Assembly (NCBI GenBank): GCA_964610745.1
Contig: CAZSYL010000005.1
Location: forward strand, 1-31,159
Direction of reading: 5' to 3'
Length of the DNA stretch: 31,159 bases
From: an uncultured Acidimicrobiales bacterium
GTDB taxonomy: Bacteria; Actinomycetota; Acidimicrobiia; Acidimicrobiales; SHLQ01
Shown here: one piece after another, positions 16,780 through 24,831 of the stretch
Layout of the letters: each line of letters opens with the position of its first letter
How positions within the stretch are numbered: the first letter of the stretch is position 1
Translations under genes and position numbers: made by a program
Notes under the pieces: generated by a model
Told to the model about the DNA's origin: nothing
Database searches by the model: none
The model's input: only the letters and a program-made list of their open reading frames with translations

Positions 16780-17865
16780 TTGGGGATGTCCACTGCACCG
16801 ACTCGAGAAATTCTGGCCAGCGCTCCAAAGGTGCTGCTACACGACCACCTCGACGGCGGTCTCCGTCCACAAACCGTCATCGAGCTCGCCGATGAGACCG
16901 GCTACCAGGGCCTGCCCACCTCGGACCCCGAAGAGCTCGCTCAGTGGATGACCCGCGGCGCCGACCGCAAAGACCTCGTTCTGTACCTCGATACGTTTGC
17001 ACACACCACCGGCGTCATGCAGAGCGCCAAAGCACTGCATCGGGTCGCCCGCGAGGCAGCCGTCGACCTTGCCGCCGATGGCGTGGTGTACGCAGAGGTG
17101 CGCTTCGCTCCGGAGCTTCACACCGAAGAAGGTCTGTCCATGGACGACGTCGTTGAGGCGGTGACATCCGGATTTGCCGAGGGCAGCGACGGCACGGCGT
17201 TGACGATCCGAACGATCTGCTCAGCAATGCGACAAAACAATCGCAGCCTCGAAGTGTCCCAGCTCGCCGTCAGATGGCGGGACAAGGGTGTGCTCGGCTT
17301 CGACATTGCAGGTCCAGAGGACGGCTTCCCACCCGATGATCACATCCTTGCGTTTCAATACGCTCAACGTGAGAACTTCCAGTTCACCATCCACGCAGGT
17401 GAGGCCTATGGGCCGCGGTCGATCTGGAAAGCACTCCAGTGGTGCGGAGCTGAACGGCTCGGCCATGGAGTCCGCATCATCGACGACATCACGATCGGCC
17501 CCGATGGCGATGCCCAGCTCGGCCACCTGGCAGCCTTGATTCGAGACCGCCGTATCCCACTTGAGGTTTGTCCCTCATCGAACCTGCACACCGGCGTCGT
17601 GGACGACCTTGCTGATCATCCAATCCGGTTGTTCAAGGAGCTCAGGTTTCGGGTCACTCTCAATACCGACAATCGGTTGATGAGCAACATCTCGATGACC
17701 CAAGAGATGGAAAACATGGTGCGCGTGTTCGACTGGGACCTCGCGGACATGCAATGGCTTACCGTCAATGCGATGAAGAGTGCGTTCCTGCCGTTCGACG
17801 AACGGTTGACACTGATCAACGATGTAATCAAGCCCCGCTACGCAGAGCTTCGCGGGATCAACTGA
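16780..17865 (+). CDS. add: Adenosine deaminase
   Basis: KVLLHDHLDGGLRP zinc-binding signature, FTIHAGE, CPSSNLHTG, TLNTDNRLMS; start is TTG 16780 or ATG 16786. Confidence 0.9.
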   Translation: MGMSTAPTREILASAPKVLLHDHLDGGLRPQTVIELADETGYQGLPTSDPEELAQWMTRGADRKDLVLYLDTFAHTTGVMQSAKALHRVAREAAVDLAADGVVYAEVRFAPELHTEEGLSMDDVVEAVTSGFAEGSDGTALTIRTICSAMRQNNRSLEVSQLAVRWRDKGVLGFDIAGPEDGFPPDDHILAFQYAQRENFQFTIHAGEAYGPRSIWKALQWCGAERLGHGVRIIDDITIGPDGDAQLGHLAALIRDRRIPLEVCPSSNLHTGVVDDLADHPIRLFKELRFRVTLNTDNRLMSNISMTQEMENMVRVFDWDLADMQWLTVNAMKSAFLPFDERLTLINDVIKPRYAELRGIN

Positions 17866-17871
17866 GCCCAG

Positions 17872-18102
17872 CTACGCGGCAATCTCGGTCTCTGAGCGAG
17901 CGCCAGCGGTAACGATCTCGTGTAGTTCCTTGATAGCTGTGCTGCCCGACGTACAGTGACGCCAGGGCATGATTGCGTGGACCGCGCAACACCATGCAGC
18001 TCGGATCAGCTTGGCAGACATGCCCGCCGCGAAGGCCATGTGCTCAAAGTAGGTCTCATCGACCGTCGCTGGATGCTCGGTGAATTTCTTTGGCAGCTGC
18101 AT
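17872..18102 (-). CDS. Hypothetical small protein (76 aa), divergent from lrp
   Basis: ORF MQLPKKFTEHPATVDETYFEHMAFAAGMSAKLIRAAWCCAVHAIMPWRHCTSGSTAIKELHEIV...; no family recognised; no obvious SD. Confidence 0.35.
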   Translation of the reverse strand: MQLPKKFTEHPATVDETYFEHMAFAAGMSAKLIRAAWCCAVHAIMPWRHCTSGSTAIKELHEIVTAGARSETEIAA

Positions 18103-18217
18103 AGGTCACAGAATAAACGACATCGTTGAGCATGTGGACGCAACAATCACGAACTTCGCCACTCCAGAGAGCCATCGTTTTTCACGAAATAGCCCAACCA
18201 GAGCATAAACTTGCACC

Positions 18218-18676
18218 ATGGACGAAATCGACAAGAAAATTGTGCAACTACTTCAGGTCGATGCCTCCATGTCCGTGCGCGATATCGCCGACCATGTGGG
18301 CCTCACAACAACGCCGTGCTGGCGTCGCATCCAGTCGTTAGAGAAGGCAGGTGTCATTACTCGACGAGTCGCGCTCGTCGACCGAAACAAAATCAACCTT
18401 GGCCTCACCGCTTTGGTTCTTATCCGCACGAACGAGCACAACTCGGGGTGGACAGACCGATTCCTCGAAACCGTCGACCAGTTCGATGAGGTCGTCGAGG
18501 CGTACCGGACGAGCGGAGAACTCGACTACCTGCTCAAAGTTCTCGTGCCGAACATGGACGCCTACGATCAGTTCTACCTTCGCCTCATCGAGTACATCGA
18601 CCTTTACGACGTGAGGAGCACCTTCGTTATGGAGGAGATGAAGCACACCACTGCCCTACCCCTCGACTACGTCTAG
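18218..18676 (+). CDS. lrp: Lrp/AsnC-family transcriptional regulator
   Basis: N-terminal HTH (DEIDKKIVQLLQVDASMSVRDIADHVGLTTTPCWRRIQSLEKAGVI) and C-terminal RAM/AsnC-C domain; the upstream intergenic region is AT-rich. Confidence 0.9.
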   Translation: MDEIDKKIVQLLQVDASMSVRDIADHVGLTTTPCWRRIQSLEKAGVITRRVALVDRNKINLGLTALVLIRTNEHNSGWTDRFLETVDQFDEVVEAYRTSGELDYLLKVLVPNMDAYDQFYLRLIEYIDLYDVRSTFVMEEMKHTTALPLDYV

Positions 18677-18700
18677 CTGCCAAGCACTAACGAAATCGAC

Positions 18701-19438
18701 TCAGGGCGAGCAGGCAAGGGCAGCGCCGACGATTCCAGCCTTATTCCGCATCTGCGCTGGGATCACCGGTGTGCGCACCTTGTCGAGATATTCGGCGAAT
18801 TCGTGGAACTCTTTGCTGATGCCGCCACCGAGAATAAACAGCTCGGGCCAGAAGAGTTTCTCCATCTCCTGGAGCACGTCTTCTACTGCACCGCCCCACT
18901 TCTTGTAGGACAGGTCCTTCTCGTCCTTGATTCGAGATGACGCCCGATCCTCGGCGATCTTTCCACCCATGTCGAGGTGTCCAAACTCGGTATTGGCCAC
19001 CAGCTTTCCATCGGTGAAGACCGCAGAACCAATACCGGTTCCGAGCGTGAGCAAGATGACGGTGCCATCAACTCCAGCGCCCGCACCAAAGCGGACTTCG
19101 GCGAGGCCAGCGGCATCGGCGTCATTGATCATCTTGACGTCGCATCCGACAACCTCGGTGAACACAGAGTCGGCATCGAGGTCGATCCACTTTTTGTGCA
19201 GGTTGGCTGCGGTTCGCACAACGCCGTTCTGGACGACGCCTGGAAAACCGATACCGACCGGACCGGACCATTCGTGATGTTCGACCAGCTGCCGGGCAAC
19301 ATCGGCGACTGCATCTGGCGTTGCTGGACTGGGGGTGACGATGCGATGCCGATCCGAGAGCATCGTCCCGGCCTCGGTGTCAACCGTCGCCGCCTTTACC
19401 CCAGACCCACCAATATCAATACCCAATACGACTGACAC
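18701..19438 (-). CDS. ppgK: Polyphosphate/ATP glucokinase (ROK family)
   Basis: VLGIDIGGSGVKAATVD ... GIGFPGVV ... LTLGTGIGSAVF ... EFGHL ... KKWGG are ROK/PPGK signatures. GTG 19438 with SD aaagga is preferred; the ORF-track TTG start is at 19492. Confidence 0.8.
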   Translation of the reverse strand: MSVVLGIDIGGSGVKAATVDTEAGTMLSDRHRIVTPSPATPDAVADVARQLVEHHEWSGPVGIGFPGVVQNGVVRTAANLHKKWIDLDADSVFTEVVGCDVKMINDADAAGLAEVRFGAGAGVDGTVILLTLGTGIGSAVFTDGKLVANTEFGHLDMGGKIAEDRASSRIKDEKDLSYKKWGGAVEDVLQEMEKLFWPELFILGGGISKEFHEFAEYLDKVRTPVIPAQMRNKAGIVGAALACSP

Positions 19439-19501
19439 TGCAGTTCCTTTTCCACTCGATCCGACACCGGATCGCCCGAGTGCCAGAGTCAAGGTTAGAA
19501 G

Positions 19502-20920
19502 CTAGGAGTTGGCTTGTGGTGCGGGTGGCTGAGGATCAGCCGATGGTGCCGGAGGCGTAGCCTCTACCGCTGAGTCGCTGGACACGTTGATCTGCGGCGC
19601 TTCCGATGCAGAGCTCGTACCCAGAGCGGGCGTACTGTCGTTGGATTTCGGGTCGATGCTGCCACCCATGCGATCCCGGAGCGGACCCATGATGTCGACA
19701 CCGGTCGCCGTCTCGATCTGTTCAGCAATGGCGATGACCGATGCGGGAAGCTGCTTGGCAATGCCAGGCAATGCCTGTCCGTCGCCACCCGAGTCGATAA
19801 CGGTCATCTTGTCGATGTCGATATTGTTGACAGTCGACACGATCTGCTCGATCAGTTCTGGCAGCATGTTCAGCACGAAGATGTCGTGGGCATCCTCTCC
19901 CGCTGCCTGATACTGGGCGGTGAGACGCTGGAACACCTCGACCTGAGCGGCGCCTTCTTCGACGATGTGTGCTGCATCTGCACGGGCTTCGAGCTGTCGA
20001 GCTTCAAGATCGGCCTGCGCGGGCAGTACGACATCGGCCTGAAGACGACGCCGCTCAAGCTCGATTCGTTCGAGTTCAAGTTCCTGCTGGGCAACGGCCT
20101 TTGCTTTCTCACCAGCTACCCGGGCTTCCTCCTCAGACGCTCGTGCGACACCGTCGAGCTCTGCACTACGAACACGCAAGAGGTTTCGTTCTTCGACGAT
20201 TTTGCGCTCGGCCTGAGCCTGGGCGATCTCGGCACGCTGCTTGGATTCGGCCTCGGCCTGCTCGGCCTCAGCTTTCTTCTCCGCTTCGGTTACCCGAGCA
20301 GACTTCAGTACGTCGGCGGTACGACGACGTCCAACCGCATCGAGGTAACCAACTTCATCGGTAACGTTCTGAATCTTCAGCACATCGAGCTCGAGACCTA
20401 GCGTCTTGATGTCGTCATCGGCCTCTTCGATAAGAAACTGGCTGAACTTCAGACGGTCTTCGTTGACCTCTTCGGGGGTCAGAGTCGCCAACACACCACG
20501 GAGGTTTGCTTCGAGGGTCTCCTTGGCAATCTGGGCAATCGACTGATGAGGAACGTTCAAAAAGCGCTCCACCGAGTTGCCGAGGAGCGAATCGACACTG
20601 GAGACCTTGACGTTGGCTATGCCCTGAACGTTGAGCGGGATTGCACCCTTGGAGTATGCGTTGAGAACGGAGACCTCGAGCGGGATGTTGTTGAGGTCCA
20701 TCCAGGAGACTTGTTCGAGCAGTGGGATTCGGATGGTACGGCCACCTTTGAGGGTGCGATACCCAAGCTTCCGGCCGTCGGGACCAATCTGTCCCTTTCC
20801 ACCCGAAATCACCGCAACACGGTTTGGCGGACAAATCACGATCAGACTCTTCACGACAAAGATCGCGGCAAGAATCGCCAGAAGAACCCCGATACCAAGA
20901 ATTGCAAAAATCATACGCAA
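19502..20920 (-). CDS. Flotillin-like SPFH/band-7 protein (FloT/YqiK family)
   Basis: N-terminal TM segment, an SPFH domain and a long Ala/Glu-rich coiled coil (AEKKAEAEQAEAESKQRAEIAQAQAERK...); 472 aa. Confidence 0.85.
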   Translation of the reverse strand: MRMIFAILGIGVLLAILAAIFVVKSLIVICPPNRVAVISGGKGQIGPDGRKLGYRTLKGGRTIRIPLLEQVSWMDLNNIPLEVSVLNAYSKGAIPLNVQGIANVKVSSVDSLLGNSVERFLNVPHQSIAQIAKETLEANLRGVLATLTPEEVNEDRLKFSQFLIEEADDDIKTLGLELDVLKIQNVTDEVGYLDAVGRRRTADVLKSARVTEAEKKAEAEQAEAESKQRAEIAQAQAERKIVEERNLLRVRSAELDGVARASEEEARVAGEKAKAVAQQELELERIELERRRLQADVVLPAQADLEARQLEARADAAHIVEEGAAQVEVFQRLTAQYQAAGEDAHDIFVLNMLPELIEQIVSTVNNIDIDKMTVIDSGGDGQALPGIAKQLPASVIAIAEQIETATGVDIMGPLRDRMGGSIDPKSNDSTPALGTSSASEAPQINVSSDSAVEATPPAPSADPQPPAPQANS

Positions 20921-21050
20921 CTAACCTTCCCGTCTAGTTCTCACTTAGAGCCGCACGTAACACTCAGTTATTCCCGTTCCTATCGGTAAGCCGATAGTCG
21001 GGTCAAAGCAACGCCTGGAAATATCTCGCAGCCGCCGACCAATTTGTTGG

Positions 21051-21650
21051 TCAATCCTTCAGGTCAGGATCGACGGCCATGACCTGAGCCACGCCGTTCT
21101 CAACCTTGATAATGACGACCTCTTCGCCCCGTTCGAAACCCATATCGGGCATCGATTCGACGGCTCCGGCGGTGAGTTGTAACCGCTCGCCGCCGGTATC
21201 GAGCGTGACCCGACCGCGTTTTCCCACATCGATTGGGATGTTGACGATCGCTATCCGCCCTTCGAGCTGTCGGTCCGAGATCGAGCTGTCGGACTGCGTA
21301 TTCTTTAACACGCTGAAGAGCGCGGTGTTCACGCCGGCCGCGAAGATACCGAGGACGATCGCCAAGATCAGAGTGGCGGTCGCGCCAACGCCGAGCAGCG
21401 AGGAAACCACACCCGTTCCGCCGAAGAACGCCATAAACGACGTGTACGAGCTGACCGGGATCTTCCGAAAGACCGATGCGTCGCCAATGCCACCATCGAC
21501 ACCCGATACGTCAAGATCGGCGCCGAGGTCGGCATCGAAATCAACGTCCATGCCTGCGCCGATCTCTCCTTCGATATCGCCACCGCCCGCCGCGAAAAGG
21601 ATAAGAAGAGGAATTCCAACCACTGCGAAAAAGATGTAGACCCCAAACAT
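21051..21650 (-). CDS. NfeD-family membrane protein, partner of the flotillin gene
   Basis: Hydrophobic N-terminal segments then a C-terminal OB-fold region (RIAIVNIPIDVGKRGRVTLDTGGERLQLTAGAVE...EEVVIIKVENGV); lies directly upstream of the flotillin gene. ATG 21650 (MFGVYIFF) is preferred, because the ORF-track start at 21713 would overlap the convincing upp start. Confidence 0.7.
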   Translation of the reverse strand: MFGVYIFFAVVGIPLLILFAAGGGDIEGEIGAGMDVDFDADLGADLDVSGVDGGIGDASVFRKIPVSSYTSFMAFFGGTGVVSSLLGVGATATLILAIVLGIFAAGVNTALFSVLKNTQSDSSISDRQLEGRIAIVNIPIDVGKRGRVTLDTGGERLQLTAGAVESMPDMGFERGEEVVIIKVENGVAQVMAVDPDLKD

Positions 21651-21689
21651 CAGTCCAGTGTAGTTGGTCGACCGCGCTACATTCAGGGG

Positions 21690-22313
21690 ATGGCCACGCA
21701 CCTCGTCGAGCATCCACTGATCAGCGAACGACTGACCCGCCTTCGAATGCGAGCGACACCACGTCCCGAATTCCGTCGAGTTCTCACCGAGCTATCGAGC
21801 TTCGTCATTTACGAAGCCATGCGAGACCTCGAGACGACCACGATCGATATCGACACGCCGCTCGAACCAACTACCGGGGTCAAGATCACCACATCACCAA
21901 TCCTCGTACCGGTCATGCGCGCTGGACTCGGCATGCTCGATGCTGCGCTCGACCTGTTGCCCGAAGCCCGAGTGGGTTTTATTGGGCTCAAGCGGGACGA
22001 GGACACCCTGCTTCCCCACGCATACGCCAACACCGTACCCAGCGACCTCGATGGGCGCTCCACGCTCGTCCTCGATCCAATGCTTGCGACCGGTGGATCG
22101 CTTGCGCACACCTGCAAGCTTCTCCGCGAGTCAAACGCCGGAACGATCACCGTCGCCTGTGTCCTGACCTGTCCAGAAGGTATTGCATTGATGGATGAGG
22201 AGTACCCCGATATCGACATTTACACCGGATCGATCGACACCGCCCTTAACGAGGTCGGCTTCATCCGCCCGGGGCTCGGAGACGCGGGCGATCGCCAATT
22301 TGGTCTGTCCTGA
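21690..22313 (+). CDS. upp: Uracil phosphoribosyltransferase
   Basis: HPLISERLTRLR N-terminus, ILVPVMRAGLGM, PRPP-binding LVLDPMLATGGS, and the C-terminal GFIRPGLGDAGDRQFG motif. Confidence 0.9.
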   Translation: MATHLVEHPLISERLTRLRMRATPRPEFRRVLTELSSFVIYEAMRDLETTTIDIDTPLEPTTGVKITTSPILVPVMRAGLGMLDAALDLLPEARVGFIGLKRDEDTLLPHAYANTVPSDLDGRSTLVLDPMLATGGSLAHTCKLLRESNAGTITVACVLTCPEGIALMDEEYPDIDIYTGSIDTALNEVGFIRPGLGDAGDRQFGLS

Positions 22314-22885
22314 TGCTCGATCACGTCTTCGCAGACGCGATCGGAGCGCTGCGTGCTGCACTCGAGAACGCTCTACTCGAACGCCAAGCGGTCGAGGAAC
22401 GCTTTACCACCGACGCTCTCCTCGGCGACACCCGCTGGGAGACGTCGTACAGCATTCCCGGTGAGGGGGTCCCACCGCGAGTGCAAGCCGACATGACCCT
22501 GCTGTGGCCTACGTGGTCACAGACGGCATACCGAAGCTGGTATCTCACCGGAGAGCTCAACGACATCCCAGCAATCGAAGCCGAAGTCGTTGCCCGCGCA
22601 CAGCGATTGCCTGAACCACCCGATCCTTCGGTCGTGCTCGATATTGTTCCCGAGGAATCACCGCCGATTGGCAAGAACATCCTGCACCGAGCCGAAGGCA
22701 CGACGATCGAGACGATCTACGGCAGTGACCTCAGCAGAGCCGAATACGCAATCGAGATCAGCTACTCGGGCGAGTTTGAGTTACACGGCGACGTGCTTGC
22801 CGATGGAAACCTGCTCGACGAGATGTTCCAAGCTGCGGGTGGCTGGATTTCCAGCACCCTCGTGCTGCTTTCCGACTCGGTGTAA
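22313..22885 (+). CDS. Hypothetical acidic protein (190 aa), translationally coupled to upp
   Basis: Its ATG at 22313 overlaps the upp TGA by 1 nt; no family recognised. Confidence 0.5.
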   Translation: MLDHVFADAIGALRAALENALLERQAVEERFTTDALLGDTRWETSYSIPGEGVPPRVQADMTLLWPTWSQTAYRSWYLTGELNDIPAIEAEVVARAQRLPEPPDPSVVLDIVPEESPPIGKNILHRAEGTTIETIYGSDLSRAEYAIEISYSGEFELHGDVLADGNLLDEMFQAAGGWISSTLVLLSDSV

Positions 22886-22898
22886 CCAGAACGACCGA

Positions 22899-23738
22899 TT
22901 ACAGCCCGGTCTGAATCTCTGGCAAGTCGTCAAAGTTGGGCTCGCGACCTTCTGCCTTCGCCCCGAATGACTCGATCATGTCGGTCGGCTGAAACATCCC
23001 GGTCTGCCAGGTAGCGATAAACGACAACGAGTCCGCGACCGAATGGTCACGGGTGTAGTTGATCGTCTCCTTCGTGCCGTGAATTGCGAGCGGCGACTTC
23101 GACGCGATCCGTCCTGCGATGTCCATCACGGCCTCGAGCATCGACTCCTGGTCGGCATACACCTCGTTGACAAGACCCACCTCCTTGGCTCGTATTGCTG
23201 GCATGCGGTCTCCGGTGAAGGCCATCTCGCGGGCGATACCTTCGGGAATGATCTTCGGGAGTCGTTGGAGGGTGCCGACGTCGGCTGTCATTCCAATGTT
23301 GATCTCGTGGATGCAGAACCACGAGTCCTCGGTGGCATAGCGCATGTCGCATGCGGTGATCATGTCGACCCCTGCGCCCACCACTCCGCCCTGTGTGGCG
23401 ACGAGCACCGGCATACGAGCACGCTCGAGCGCGGTGAACGTGTCTTGCAGGTGCAGAACGTTGTAACGGAAGACCGAGCGGGCCCGACCCACCTCGACCT
23501 GGCCATCATCGTTGAGCGCTCCACCAGTGAACACGGCCAGGTCCATCCCCGCAGTGAAGTGTTTGCCCGTCGAGGAGATGACGATCGCGCGGGCCGCCCC
23601 GCGGTTGCTGATCTCGTCCACGAGTTGAGGCAACTCGCTCCAGAACTCAGGGATCATGGAATTGAGCTCATCAGGCCTGTTCAACACGATGTGCGCGATC
23701 GAATCGGATTCGGTTACCTCAAAACACTTATTTCCCAT
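22899..23738 (-). CDS. Enoyl-CoA hydratase/isomerase (crotonase) family protein
   Basis: IAHIVLNRPDELNSM ... GKHFTAGMDL ... crotonase fold; 279 aa. Confidence 0.8.
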   Translation of the reverse strand: MGNKCFEVTESDSIAHIVLNRPDELNSMIPEFWSELPQLVDEISNRGAARAIVISSTGKHFTAGMDLAVFTGGALNDDGQVEVGRARSVFRYNVLHLQDTFTALERARMPVLVATQGGVVGAGVDMITACDMRYATEDSWFCIHEINIGMTADVGTLQRLPKIIPEGIAREMAFTGDRMPAIRAKEVGLVNEVYADQESMLEAVMDIAGRIASKSPLAIHGTKETINYTRDHSVADSLSFIATWQTGMFQPTDMIESFGAKAEGREPNFDDLPEIQTGL

Positions 23739-23747
23739 AGCGGGACG

Positions 23748-24725
23748 TTACTCGGCGCAGAAGGTCGAAAGCGACTGGAGTGGACGAGCTCCGATGTGGG
23801 TGATGACCTCGGCAGCCGCGCAACTTCCCATCCTGCCAGCAACGTCGAGTGACGCGCCCGAAGCAAGACCAGCGAGCACACCAGCGGCATAGAGATCACC
23901 AGCGCCCGTGGTATCGACACGCTTGACCACCTCGACGACCGGTACCTCGATGAGTTCGTCACGGGTGACGATGAGCGAACCGTTGCGGCCCTGCGTGATG
24001 CATGCCGTCTCGGTCAGGTCACGCACGCCAGCGATCAGCGCGTCGTGATCATCGGTGCCGAGTAGCGACACGATCTCGTCCTGGTTGCCAAACAGGAGGG
24101 TTACCCGATCAGCGATAAGGGAGAGCCATTCATCGCGGTGACGATCGACGGCGAAGGGGTCGGACAGCGTGAACGATGCGGTCACATCGTTGTCACGGGC
24201 GATGTCTAGAGCGTGGCGGATGGCCTGCTTAGCTTCTTCGAGGTCCCACAGATACCCCTCGCAATAGAGGATCTTGGCACCGGCGACGAGGCTTTCGTCG
24301 ATATCGGCGACGGTGAGTCGCGAACTCGCTCCGAGGAACGTATTCATCGTGCGCTCACCGTCGGGCGTGACCTGAATCAAACACCGTGCGGTCGCTGGTC
24401 CGGCTTCAGCGGCAGCGACATCGAACTGGACCCCGGTCTTTCGGATATCGGTAACAAATGCGTCACCGAGCTCATCGTCGCGGATCTTGCCGACATAGGC
24501 AGCCCCCACGCCGAACGAAGCAACCCCGACCATCGTGTTCGCTGCCGAACCGCCAGATTCTTTGAGTCCCTCGGGCATGAGATGGGTGAGCGTCTCAGCA
24601 CGCGGTTCGTCGATCAATGTCATCGAACCACGATTCAGATCGTTCTCGACAATAAAGCTGTCGGGAACCTGGCCGATGACATCAACAATCGCATTGCCAA
24701 CGCCCACTACTTCTGCACTACTCAT
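23748..24725 (-). CDS. PfkB-family nucleoside kinase, likely adenosine kinase
   Basis: VVGVGNAIVDVI N-terminus, GGSAANT, and C-terminal DTTGAGDLYAAGVLAGL (the PfkB NXXE/GAGD region). The architecture resembles eukaryote-type adenosine kinases. It sits 9 bp upstream of the enoyl-CoA hydratase gene. Confidence 0.65.
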   Translation of the reverse strand: MSSAEVVGVGNAIVDVIGQVPDSFIVENDLNRGSMTLIDEPRAETLTHLMPEGLKESGGSAANTMVGVASFGVGAAYVGKIRDDELGDAFVTDIRKTGVQFDVAAAEAGPATARCLIQVTPDGERTMNTFLGASSRLTVADIDESLVAGAKILYCEGYLWDLEEAKQAIRHALDIARDNDVTASFTLSDPFAVDRHRDEWLSLIADRVTLLFGNQDEIVSLLGTDDHDALIAGVRDLTETACITQGRNGSLIVTRDELIEVPVVEVVKRVDTTGAGDLYAAGVLAGLASGASLDVAGRMGSCAAAEVITHIGARPLQSLSTFCAE

Positions 24726-24831
24726 TTACGCTCCTCGCCGCCTTGGCACGGCCTCCGAAGGTACCATTCCAAGCTCCGGGCCCCACCATTGCATGGCCCG
24801 ATACCGCACCCAACCAGTAAGTCAGGATCAC

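Noticed and set aside
19886-20401. 171-aa ORF antisense to the flotillin coiled-coil region
   Set aside because: A repetitive Ala/Glu-coding region generates long antisense frames; no protein-like features.
21651-21713. ORF-track start of nfeD at 21713, overlapping upp
   Set aside because: The upp N-terminus (MATHLVEHPLISERLTRLR) is canonical from ATG 21690. The internal ATG at 21650 (MFGVYIFF) gives a sensible NfeD and removes the overlap.
23043-23852. 269-aa ORF antisense to the enoyl-CoA hydratase gene
   Set aside because: Shadow ORF; the crotonase fold is clear on the minus strand.
24535-24831. Upstream extension of pepN (931-aa ORF)
   Set aside because: It overlaps the divergent adenosine kinase gene. 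M1 aminopeptidase homology starts around MAHRLPRT.
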